Made by a program: the position numbers and the translations under genes. From Acanthaster planci (Eukaryota), in NCBI RefSeq assembly GCF_001949145.1, contig NW_019091355.1:3020646-3084645 (forward strand): 64,000 nt of DNA. The letters run 5' to 3'. The notes beneath the pieces are model-generated. The model was given only the letters and a program-made list of their open reading frames with translations, did no database searches and was not told the DNA's origin. Shown here piece by piece: positions 1 to 35,600 of this stretch; position 1 is the stretch's first letter, and every line of letters begins with the position of its first letter.

Positions 1-17
1 TTTACTTGTATCCAAAA

Positions 18-73
18 TACATGTACATGTACATGTACTGTACGTGGTTACATGTACATGTACATGTACATGT
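18..73. repeat. (TACATG)n simple repeat
   Basis: Two short tandem runs; the TACATGTA motif recurs throughout the non-coding DNA. Confidence 0.8.
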
Positions 74-110
74 GTGTCTTCATTGAAGAACATGGTTGCA
101 TTCTTGGATG

Positions 111-359
111 TGGGTAATTCCAGAAATTAGGGGTCCAATTTTTTTTTTGGTGTCCCTGTTGCATCTGACATGTGATTTTGTAAGTTCAGAACACATTTTC
201 CGATTTCCAAGAGTGACGAATTAATGCAAATTATCTGCCAAACAAATATTTATAGCTTGAAATCAATTCTGGTGATATTTCCATGTCAATAACAAACGTC
301 AGATGTAACAGGGCCACAAAATGTCACACTTGTGGACCCCTAGTTTCTGGAATTATCCA
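111..359. mobile_element. MITE, family A copy 1
   Basis: 27-bp TIRs TGGGTAATTCCAGAAATTAGGGGTCCA / TGGACCCCTAGTTTCTGGAATTATCCA (2 mismatches); second copy at 51780..52025. Confidence 0.85.
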
Positions 360-556
360 TGTACATATGCCTACACGTACCGTAGATGCACTGTACACAT
401 ACATTTCTGAAGACCCGGTCTGAAATTCAATTTCCAAGCAAGCATACACGTACGTAGACAAAGTTTTAGTATAAACGGCATGGTCAATCAGCATTTTTCC
501 TTCAGAGAGTTTCTGTTCTATTTTTATTCACATACATGTGATCCATCCTATCCTAA

Positions 557-23576
<23,020 letters not shown>

Positions 23577-24204
23577 GCAGGGACAGCTAGGTCTCGGACT
23601 TCACAGACTTTTGAATTTGGTTCCCACACGAGTTCACCCCACTCTGTCTCCTAAGATTCCTACAAAGTTAGTACAGCGCACACATCAAGCTGCATATTTT
23701 CTTTGCCTCTGGAAAACAACACGTGAAGTTAGCACCTGTTCTGTTGACTGTAAACACCTACTTGCTACACTTTGTACAAAGGGCAGTCCATTGGAGTAGC
23801 GCCCTCTTGTGCTCAACTGTGGTAATGCTCAGCACTGACTCCTGAGATATCAGACAAGCATGGCAGCAGATAGTCTGGTCAGCTCCAAGCAAGGCCATTC
23901 CTCCAATCCATCCCTTACCATTTGTGTCTTTGCCTTCTGGCTTGAAATTGGAGATTCTTGCGTAATATGTATCTCTTTTCTAACTACGGCAGTGTCGCAG
24001 TCAAGTCCATCACATGTCCCCGCAAGTCCATCACAAGTCACCCCCCTCATAGCCAAGTCAGAGGCTATTCAAGCAAACTCTGACAGAAACATTCCTATAT
24101 CATTGGTCGCCTTGTTCACTTACGACTGGTCCTGTGAAAGGACTTGTGATGGACTCGTCTTTGACAATGTATAGAGTACCCAAGTGAATACACCACATGC
24201 ACAG

Positions 24205-24414
24205 CAGTGGCGTGGCCAAGGGGGGGGGTCTGGGGGCATGCCCCCCTCCCCACAAATTCCCAGTGCCCCTCCCAGGTGGCCCCTCCCCTGAAAAAAAACC
24301 GGATGAATGGATAATGAACAAAGCTAACAAAAACTTGCCCCAAAAAACGACACCACTGAAAGCTGGTGCCCCGTTTGTGGCCCCCCCCCTAGTAAAATCG
24401 TAGCTATGCCACTG
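24205..24414. mobile_element. MITE with CAGTGGC ends and G/C runs (hAT-like), ~630 nt after the MELK stop
   Basis: TIRs CAGTGGCGTGGC / GCTATGCCACTG; no clean TSD. Confidence 0.7.
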
Positions 24415-25792
24415 GTGCAATGTTATGTTTGTAGAAGGTATTTGTCCGAAAACCAGGGTGTGATTCAACATACGCACGTACTCCATTCATTTGCACTTCA
24501 CTTTCCTGGCTCAAATGACATCACGCTTCGGTACTCTATAACATCGACATCGGAAGCCAACAAGTGGCTCCAGGGCGGAAGATAAAACCGTAACCTATAT
24601 TTTGGAAAGGGCCCACTCATGCAGAGTTTTCAGCACGGAGAGTAACACTAACAGTTTGTGCTGATCAGCCGCAGCGCTTCGTTATGTGAATGCTGTTCAT
24701 CACACCAAAGATGAGTAACATCCTATACAAGGTTTGCATGGCTGCCATCTTGCAGGCCAGTGCTTTTGTTCCACAGGGTATGCCCAAAGGACACTTTCCT
24801 GTGGAACAAAGGAACCTCCCTGCAAGTTGGCTGCCACGCAAAGCCTCTGTACTGGTAGGGTTGGATATCACAGACCTCTTGAGTTCCAAGACTTGCTGAG
24901 CACAATTGTGCTACTTTCACAACATTTCAAGCATTTCTTTTCTCAACTCTTCTTCCTTTTTAACTTTTTTTTTTTTTTTTTTTGGAAAAATGATGGGTGT
25001 AGAAAATTGATCAGAAATCACTCTAATCGTCAAAATGAGTACAGAGCATAATTTGGTCAAAAGTGTTTCCCATTTACATGTGTGAATTTCGTTCTTGATG
25101 TGTGCTCAACACCATCACGTTTCATGCTGATTCAGTGTTTTCATTTGTAACACTTCAAACATAATTCTGATCATGGATAGTTTCTAATTCATCATTTTTT
25201 TTACTTCAGAGCTGAAATGATGCCCTTTGTCTCTTGCTTTGGACTCATTGGATGATTTTTAAATATTTTATATGCTGTACATATAAAACAAACTTATTAA
25301 AATGTATCATTAGTTATTTTAGCAAATGATATCGTTGCTTTTAAATAATTTGGTTTTGTAAGTATTCTGGCAACTAATAGGCTCATGCATTTATTCACTC
25401 ACTTGTAGACGTGCCAAGCCATGGAAGTGAAATGCCAGTTTCAAGTCAGTAGACACCTGTTCATTTGTTATTTATTGCTTATTCATAAATACCTCACGCA
25501 GTCTCCCCATTCAACAACATGCAACTTGACCGTGTATTAACATTTGATAATGCCCACTGCGTAAATCACGCGCTGGCACCTGGATACGAGACAGTTTAGT
25601 TGATTTTGATTGGTCAAGATTCTGTGTGCTTACAGCTTGCCACGCAAGCACCAAGTCCATATAAGGAGATTTATTTGGACAATTTGCACAAGGAATATTC
25701 ATGTACCATAAAATGTACGGGGGTGTTCAGGGAAATGAAGGTAAAATCGTTGGACTTCTTTCGACTCTCTGACTAAAACAGGTATTTATGAA

Positions 25793-25951
25793 TGGGAATA
25801 AGTACATGTATATGTTTGGCCGGTCTTAAACTAGCGCATGAAACCGGCTCAGGAGACTGAACACTGATGATGCCCGAGCTGCAGTCGCATCCATTCTCCT
25901 GAACTGGTCTTAAACGCACGTTTAAGACCGGCCAAGCACATATTTATTCCC
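25793..25951. mobile_element. Short inverted-repeat element (MITE-like)
   Basis: GGGAATAA...TTGGCCGGTCTTAAAC mirrored by GTTTAAGACCGGCCAA...TTATTCCC. Confidence 0.65.
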
Positions 25952-27688
25952 TTATTAACTTCTGTGGCCCTTGTAACAAAAAAAATCATATCCAACTTTT
26001 CTTCAAATTCTTGTGAAAATTTCACAGTCAGAGTGAATGAGCAACGCTGGAAATTGTAACCAAGAAATCTATGCAAAATTTGTTGTGATGTCAACCGATG
26101 CAAAGTGTTTTAAACGTGTTTGTCAGAATGTGACATTCATACATGTACATTTTAGAGTAGCACTGCGTGTTTCACATTTGACGATTTCTGTCGCCTAATC
26201 TGTCACGTCCGAAAGGTGTGACACAAGAGCAGCCGATGCTCATGTTGTAAAATTTTGGTTCTAGTACAGGTCAAACATCCTTGAGTTTTTTGTAGATTCT
26301 TGTCCATTTTCCCTTTTTTTTTTCAGATTTTGCCTCCTAATTTTTTCCTTTGTTGAGAAGAAATGCAGAAAATTCACTGTGTGTTACAGGTCTACATTAG
26401 TGTAACATTGTGGATGGTATGGTGCATGAAATGTTGAGCCCTGATTGTGTTATGAGAGAAGTATGCATGCACTGTGAACCTTGGGTTCTGGGCCAATTTT
26501 GTGTACATGTATAGTTTGTGGTCCATTTTTTCTATCTACTTGAGTGGCTTCCAAGAATCAAAATATAAAACCTCATCCAGGGAAAGCAAAGTGATACCCC
26601 AATTCTAACCATTCTGGTGTTTATGTTTATTTTGTTTTTCTGTTTTTTCACTTGTTTTGTTTCTGTGTATTTGTATGTTTGTCTTTTTCTTGGGGGGGCG
26701 TTGTTTTGTTTTTTGTGCCTACATTCGATGAATTTTGATTTCTTTTTTGTTTGGCTCTCTATCACAGTGCAGATTTTTGCATAGTATATCGGATAGTTGT
26801 TACAGCATATCATCACGTTTGTTCTCTGTGTAACTTCACCAATTTAGACTGCTGACTTAAAATTTGACAAGATATCTGACATAGTTGTGAACAAATTGGA
26901 GTTTGGTAGAATTATCATTTATTTTCCTCACTCATAAAAGGAAGTCTGGAAGATTCATTTTCTTATTGCTCTTTAAGTTGTCACATATTCTTTGAACCAT
27001 TGCAAGTGTTTCACGTGTATTCTTGTATCCCAACCATATTTTTTGCCATTACATATTCAAACTATTCTTCGGAAACATTTTGATGGATGAAAGGCATGCG
27101 ATGTACATATTAATCTACTATTGCTATCAGACAGTTTTCTGTCTTGATTTTATTTTACCAAACTGCAAGATCAAGGATCATAAAACATCCCTGGTAAAAT
27201 TAGACAGGTACCATCAACGTTACAGTACCTCCAGAATAATATTCCAGTGGGAACAAGATCAAGATGGCAGCAGCCTGGGTAGACTTGATTTTTTCAACTT
27301 GTATGATATTGCATATATTAACTCCTTTGTATTATTTTAATATAGGTGATCTGACTGAAGATGTAATTACGACACGAAAGGTTTTTTAATGCAATTCGTC
27401 ACTTTCAGCATATTTATAAACAATTTTAACCCATTCTGAAGTCAGTTTGGGTGCTAATAATGGCTTGCGATAACAACTTTATTTTGATAGTAGCTTGAAA
27501 CTTCATTTTATTTTTTAATCCGTAGACTTAAGACAACATCGGGCCAAAATTAAGTCTCCCTCACAACTTCTAGAAGTTGTACAACTTGACCATGAGCTTG
27601 GGTTCGTTTGCTTATTGCATGGTAGAAACTCTGTAAAGTATATGGTTAGATTGTCAGATCTGGCATATAGGAATCTGGATGGAAGTAA

Positions 27689-27996
27689 TAGACCTTATCC
27701 ACAAGTCGGCCATATTGAATTGAAAGCAAGGTGTTTTTTTTTTTGCATTTTAAGAACCCCAAAATAAAAATTGAAAGCAATGAAGAAAAGTTTATTACAG
27801 ATTAATTTCATTTACAACAATGAAAAAGTGAAAATATGTGATTTATGATATCTAAATGTTATAAGCAACATTTAAAATACAATGAAAGTGAGGACTGCAT
27901 CACAATGGTTTGGCACCACCCCGTTTGAAAGATTACATTGAATAAGATAGATTCAGGGAACATGATAAAAAATGGCTACCTTGTGAATAGGGTCTA
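27689..27996. mobile_element. Degenerate AT-rich MITE
   Basis: Imperfect 25-bp TIRs TAGACCTTATCCACAAGTCGGCCAT / ATGGCTACCTTGTGAATAGGGTCTA. Confidence 0.6.
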
Positions 27997-30900
27997 GTGC
28001 ATAGAACAGAATCGTTTTGGTTCAGTTCAGTTCCATCCCAAGCTTTGTTCTGGGCACTGACACATTCTTCCTGGTTATGTCAGCCTGAGTGAGGGTCGGT
28101 ACCCGCAAAGTTAACCATTTGTCAGCTAAACATATTCGATCCAAATTTGCAATGGAAGCGATTTGTCTGTTTTGGGCTGAGAAGTCGTTTGATAAAAAGT
28201 GGTTACAATTAGTGCTGCATTGAATGCTAACGAAAATGGTGCATTCGTGAGGAATATTTTTTATTGTCTTTCATTTCTAACATCTACGATCACCTGGAAT
28301 TATGTTGAGAGTGATAAGCACCCTCACAAAGACAACAGTAAATTGGTTGACATGTTGTGCAATAAATAGAAACCGGCACATGCAAACAAGGGGTACTGCG
28401 TGATTTCTTTTCAGATGTTGTTTTGTGAACATGGACTTCGGAAAACAGGACCAGTTTGGTCATTTTCTGTAAAATCTGAAACCTAGGCGCACACAGAACA
28501 AAGATATCTCATTGTCATCTTCATGTAGGTGTGAAGTGACGTGTTTACTCCACAGGGAAGGAGGGGTCACAAGGTTGCATCATGTACAGCTCTGGACTTG
28601 AAATTACCTTTAGAATGCTTCACTGGATTTCAGACCACTTGGAAGAACTTCATAACCAGGGAGCAAGGTATGTCTTGGAAACACCACTGCGGCAACATTT
28701 TCCATCATCCACCCTGAGCTGAAGTGCACCCGCACCGGCGAAAGACAGATATGTGGTACTAAGTTTCCTGACCAGTTCTTGCACTTGTTTTGTGTGTACG
28801 CGAAGACCATTCCAGACTAAATTGTTGTGCGCGTGCTCCGTGTCATAGGCACATAAACTTGCATGCCTATGCGGACAGTGCGGACCAAACTATTTCAAAA
28901 CACACCCTCTTTTGTTCTTGCACAGAGCAGATTGTGAGGGCAAGTTTTGGAGTTTGCTCATCGTCCGAACAGGGCCCTTGGAAGGAAATGCGTCACACAG
29001 GGTCACAGTTAATGACGCACTGAGCAGTGTGGGTAAATTTTTGCCAGGTGTACGAGCTCGTTCGGTGCTTTACACAAGTGGCGGTTATCAATGCTATCTT
29101 TTTCTTTTCTTCCTCTTTGAAAATATTCTCACTGCACTTCATTGGTTCATCCAGAATTGACCAAGAAACCAATGATTTGAAATATATCGCCCAAAGACAC
29201 GTGATCAGTGATACTTAGAAGATAAATTACCACACTGATTGTTCCAAGGCCATGTGTTTAAGATTAGCTGACACTTTGCCTACGCCAAAGCACTGTCATT
29301 GGCGAACCCAAAACTTAAAATTAACATTTCACTAACAGGAAGTGATAACCTCACGGTAATCACAGATCGAGCATAACGTAGCCAATCAGGGTGCAAGGCC
29401 ATCAGCCCTTCCCAGTGCCCTGTTTGGGCACTGGGCAAATTTTTGGAGTAACTGTTAAACAGTACCAGGTCTCAAGTACAGACTTAATTTCAATGACAGG
29501 GCACAAGAGAACCCGGTAGCTACTTCTTGTACCCCACTGGAAATTTATTATATACATACAAAAACACCCAAAATAAATGTTACAATTGTTAAACTCTGTA
29601 TACATTTTGTTCGTTATACTTCTGTAAATGTCCTATTTGTAACTACACCAAAATAACATGAACTTGTTTTAAAAAAGACAAAGAAAACTTGAGTTTTCTA
29701 AGATTTGCTACATTTCTAAGAATCAACTAGAGGAAATTAGTAATTTTTTTCCAACCATTCACAACTGTCAACCAAATGACACTGATTATCAGCAGGTTTG
29801 CCAATTGAAATAATGCCCTATTTTCCCAAGCAGAAACATCTGTCATGCAACATAGATACTTCATGAGAAACTGTTTTTTTCAAATTAAAAAATCTTTTAC
29901 TTTGTACAGACCACAAAATACTGGACATTTTTCACACTTGTACACGATTCTATATTCTCTTCAATTTCAAACAAACGGCCTAATGTTTTCACCTACAACA
30001 GTTCACTTAAACTTTAAAAAATATTATTTTTCAGTCAAGAATTTATTGATTTGGAAATTTTCATCGGCAAACTTTAGTCCAGTGGTGCTTACTGGCTGTA
30101 TTCAAAGGAACTGTGGGAGATGATTGTGCACACCAGGAACAAGACTTGTTTGAAAATCTGTTCAAATATCTTTGGCTCTGGTTTCCTTTGATTTTCTGTG
30201 AATCAACTCGTCAGCAGCAATTCATACAGGAAAGGGCAAAATGGCTTAGACAAGATCTCACGTGAAAGTTCAATGATACATGGATGATAAAATGATCAAA
30301 TCTACGAACGCTTTGAAATAATTTTCGTTTACAGTTAAATATAAAATGCACCCAGGTGAAAAGAAGAACTGGTGAAGACCTTACTGCACCCTGTTCACCA
30401 TGAACTGTTGTCATTACGCATGTAAAAAAACCTTCGCCTGTTCGGAGAACACCAGCGGGTAATGCTGAAGTTACTTTGATGTGGAAACATCTTTGTGTAC
30501 ACAAACATAATTAACAGGCAATAAAAAATTTAAAATGAAGATAAAAATAATACCGCTACCCTGCTACTTAATGTACACATTTATAATGTTGAGTGAGAAA
30601 ACACATTAATAAATGTTGCCTTGGCTGCTCGCGAGCCCAAACCATTTCAACCGCTTGAAATTTTACACCGGACTCACGAGATTACTCTTATGCAATCTGT
30701 CATCCTGTAACTCATTACAGAGCAGGAATAAAGACCGTGACACATCTGGTTGTCACTTGACATTTGGATAAACACAATGGATTACAGAAATATGAACATC
30801 CAGAAGCAAAATTCATGGTAATTGTTTTGTTGGACTTTTCCCGCAGAAAGGCTTCACCGTTCTTAATCAATGTGTCCACAATTACTAATGGCATTGGGTA

Positions 30901-32543
30901 CTCTGTGACACGTTACGCATGGTCGCTGATTTGATCCGTTCTCCGGTTGACCGATGAAGCATTTGTGTAAATGAGGGTTTGAAATCATGTGGGTGCAATC
31001 CGTCGTTAATGCAGCCCTGAAGAAACACGTAACAATCTTTCCTGCTATAAATTTAGAATTACGACTAATGAATAGAATCAACAGGCTTACACCTTGGAGG
31101 TTTTATAACTCGGCAAAATAAACATTACCACACAATCTGCACGCTTTCAGTACCCATAATACCTATGACAGCAAGCTAACTCAGTTTTGAAGTACGTCTA
31201 AAACAAAAAGGTATTTAACATGAACACAAAAATACAACTCTGCTGGTATAGTATGCCTTTGGAATTTTTTCTACAACTAAATACATTTTATGTACAGATT
31301 TTGAAACTGACAAAAAACGGAGCAGTGTTGCTATAGAGACACATAAATACCCACTTTGCTAACTGGTCAAATTGTTTCATATATGGACGCGATTTTCGAG
31401 TCATACCGACTCTTCAAATTCTCATCTGTACAAATTTAACATAATGAATCACACTGTTATGTTTACAGTCACAAAAGGAGATATGGATAAACAACCACAG
31501 TCACTCGCAAAATACTGCATGCAGATCCAGAGTGTTTTCACGTTCAAGATCAACACTTCTGAAAACATTGGGGCAAGCACACATTGGAACAAATGCTTAC
31601 AGAACCTAGAATGCATGAATATTCATTTTGACATGCATGCATAGCAGTAAGAGCGTGTTGCTTACCGTGAATGAGTTGGGCCTTGTGATGCCTTGCATTG
31701 TCATGGCAACCAGTACAGCACATACTCTCATGCATGTTTAATATCAGATTAGTGACTGCAGAAAGCATTTGTGATTTCAGTACAGTGAGTATGCATGACT
31801 GCATCCTAGTTTCACGGAAACAGTTCTCAAAATCAGTTCCACTTTTGGCTAACATGTACAAAATAGACGGTTAATTTCCACCATCTGTAGATGTGTATGT
31901 CTGTTCGTCTAATGTGCCCAAGGGTACAAGCGTCAAAGCTCAAACTAATCATTTTCCAAGCAACGGCCACGGAGGGGGGTAGGCAGCTATGAGACCATCA
32001 GGCATCAGCTATTAATACACTGATCCATTAAGCCCCATCATATTGTAGGACCTGCGAAAGGTGGGGATATTGCCCCGTCCCCCGAGTTTCCACCACCCCC
32101 CCAAAAAAAATCGCAGAAGCTTGGCAGCATAAAAGGGGTCAGCTGCTGTGTCAGCTTGGTATTGATACAAATGGACACACTAAAAGAGATACAGCATGTT
32201 GCTGTCCAGTTCCTAAATCACATGAAATGGCAACGTATCTATTTTGACAAAACAGGTACGTTGCAGCGATACTAAAAGCTGATTCATGCTTCCAGCTGCA
32301 TCTTAGAATGTCAGTGTAACAAATTTGAAAGCCTCATGCAAGTAAGATCCAGTTCATTCACCCCCAAACTATGCTGCATTTGTACGTGTCCAAAGAAGTT
32401 CTTTCCAACGTAAGATTTCATTTCTGGATGCTGAAAAACTTGAGACATGGAAGGCACTCAATAACGATGCCGTCACGATCAACCCTCCAATCTGAGAAAC
32501 AAGAAACTCAGGTGGATTTGCCTCGCTGGGGTTCGAGAGCAAA

Positions 32544-32647
32544 TCACATGCTGATGCCGGCAGCCTTTGACCGATTGGGCTGCACTTGGCTGGTCGAGAA
32601 AGCTGATTGGCTCCTTTGGGCCACATCTGCCAGGGTTGACAGGCCTA
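32544..32647 (-). CDS. Putative terminal Pax exon: (V)[33 protein letters not shown]
   Basis: tctcctctgcAG acceptor in phase 1, open to TGA. An alternative acceptor near 32700 would stop immediately, so the 3' end is uncertain. Confidence 0.45.
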
Positions 32648-35600
32648 CTGCAGAGGAGACAAACATGGCAGAGGTTCTTCAGGTATAGGTACATTTAGCC
32701 TGCAAAAGCAACAGTGAACAATGTCAGAAATGTGAACAAAGGGGTTTGCTACCCGCGGGGGGGGGATTTTTAAGGATATTGATACCTATTAAGAACAAAT
32801 AATGCAACACATGTGCCAGTGCAAGTCACAGCGGAATGAGTACCACAAGTCTATCAGCTCCGAGCAGGAACAAAAGAGGGTGTGCTGGTACAGAGCAACA
32901 ACAATCTTTTGGTGGAAAGTCTCCTTGTCCACACATAGGTTTATGCGCGTTTGGTGTGGGCCGTGCCAAGTACCCGCCAACCAATTTATAGTTGAATCAC
33001 TGAGGTCCATTTTTACGATCTCAATTGTAATGGAGATAAATGGTTTGAATGCATGCATGCTGCATGTGCTTGAGCCTGGTTGAAAAACTTCCAACCAGGA
33101 TGTCTGTTCCTTGCCGGCGAGGATGCGCTTCATCTCAAGGTGGAAAGAAAGCACCAAGGACCAGACTACCACAGGTGGTCTACTCACAGGAGCTAATCCA
33201 CATTGGGTATGGCATGCACACACACTGGTTCACACATTTGTTTCACATACGTAGTGTGGACATTGCTCTGTTCTCCAATGGTTCAGAAAACTGCAGGAAA
33301 ATACTCCTTTTTCTCCCACTAGGATAACTCCTTCGAGCTGGATTTTTGATGATGATTTCCTGGACTGTCCCTCTTCATTTAGCTACGGATAACCTTGACC
33401 CCAAAATGCCTCTGGCTTTTAGAGAGAGGAAAAACACTGTGTGGACATGTGCAAGTCCACACAATGTTTTCTGACCTCACATTTTGTGGACTTCTTTGGA
33501 GCAGAGGTCCACACTATGTTTTCTATGCTTGTATACACTTGTACAACAATGAGTATACACAATCCGTTTTTCTCCAAATATCCACAAAGCCCTTGTCTCT
33601 TTTAAATAAGCTGCATGCCATTACTGCATATCTATAGAAATGAATTGTTACCTTGTGTATATGCTGAACTGGGATCTGGCTTGATGATAGAGTTTGACGA
33701 AGACACTGGCATCTGTAGTCCGAGTACTGAGGCTGGCTTCAGCTCAGTTAAGACTGCACTCTCCGAGGACGTGCCATCATCTACGGGGTGGATGGCACTG
33801 GCAGCTTCTTTTGGAGATTTTTGTTCTGAATAATAAACAGTCACATATGAAGGGTCATAAAAGCTAGTCCACTCAACGTCTTGTGCTGTATCATGGTCCA
33901 TAGAAAGACACTTGGACTTATGCTCGGAGACAACTTTTTCAATTTGTGAACCTCTAAATGAGTAGCCAGAGACATCTTAGAGTAACAAAGACTCTGCAAA
34001 ACAGAAATCAGCAGAAACTTCACATAAATTTTACACATTTCTGTACTATCCTTTTACAATCCTTCGAACAAGGCCGTTCAAAAAGCCTTGTCACATGTAA
34101 CAGGGCAAACAGTGACAAAGGAATGTTTTGTCAGAATTCACTGGAATGGCTTCCAACTTGGCCTCAGACTACATAGCCAAATATGGACTCCTATGAAGGT
34201 CTTGCTGGGACTCATGAGGACAACCCTAACTCAAACTGTCTTGGACAGAAAAAAGGGCTGCTGATCGTTAATATCAGTATTTGACTTAATTTGATCTCAC
34301 CTGTCCTTATGAGGTGCTGGGCGGGCCTACTTGGTGTCCCCGTGTTCTCCTGCTTGATTGTTGACATGAGTGAGACGGGTGTGAGTGTTGGAGGAGATGA
34401 TATGTTCAACTGTGTCGATTCGCTGGCCATATTCTGTGAGTAACAAACAGTACATTCACCATTAGGCATGTCTCAGGTAAAAGTACCTGTACATATAAAA
34501 AGACCTGGTACAATACTGGTTACACTAGAGGCGAGTGCCAGTTTCTTCCACGAGCACAGTTGAAGTACCCGAGTCTAATTTAATTAAGTAATGAGTGCTA
34601 GAAAGCGACTATAAAGATCAGCTTGTAGTCAGTTCATTTAGATACAGATCAGAAGAATTTTCCATAGGTTTAAAGGTGAGTATACAACTATTGCAACGAG
34701 GGTGAAAACATTTTTTTCAAGGGGGGTAGTGAAAACAAATGAACCATGGCTTGCACATAAGCCATGTACACTTCAGCATTTCAAATAGGGTAAGGAGCAC
34801 CACGGGGGCATCCCACCCCTAATCCTAACCCCCACCCCCGTCCTCCTTCCACTCAAGACTGTGTGGACTCACTATTAGTTGCTGCTGGTAATAATTGCTG
34901 GTCTCACTACTCAAGTTTCCACTGTCAAACGGCAGGCGGAAAATCCTCTGCGTGGCTTCGTCCTTCACCAGAACCCCGCCCCCGCTGTATCCCACCAAGG
35001 AGGCCAGGTTGGCAGTGCCACCCCCGCCCGGGGGACCTGCAACGTGGATGTAGGGCATGGGCTGAGCTTGGCTCATCGGGGCGGAATGGGACAGAATGGG
35101 CATAGGCGACTTCATGGCAGCTACAGGGGAGCTGAGTTGGGTCAGTGTTGTGGCAACTTCTAGACAAACACAAATAACAAACAAAATCTAATGAATTTTT
35201 TAAAAATCATTCACATTTAAGGCTGAATCAATTGCAGATCAACTGATCATGCAAGTGCAAATCGGACAAGTATCCATCCAAACAGATGCATATAAGTAGT
35301 TAAAATTACTACAAGGGGGTAACCAGGGGTACACAAACTCTTTCAAGGCACATAAGACTTCAAACGGGGAGGTGAGCCCGAGGCAGCCTCCAGTGCACCC
35401 ATGGTTAGTCACTACATCCAAAGTACAAGCATCCACATGCCAATGGTGTAAGTCCACATGAACACACATGCCCATCGCTGATGCCCAAGTTTTAGCAGCC
35501 TCAAAGGCATTGTAATCACATACATGTGCATGTACAGGTACATACATTTGTATGTCATATGTCAATTTGTTTTGTAATTCTAAATGAAATGAAATGTATT

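Noticed and set aside
33245..33420. Extra Pax exon between 33652 and 32647
   Set aside because: The candidate acceptors I tried give early stops in the required phase 1.
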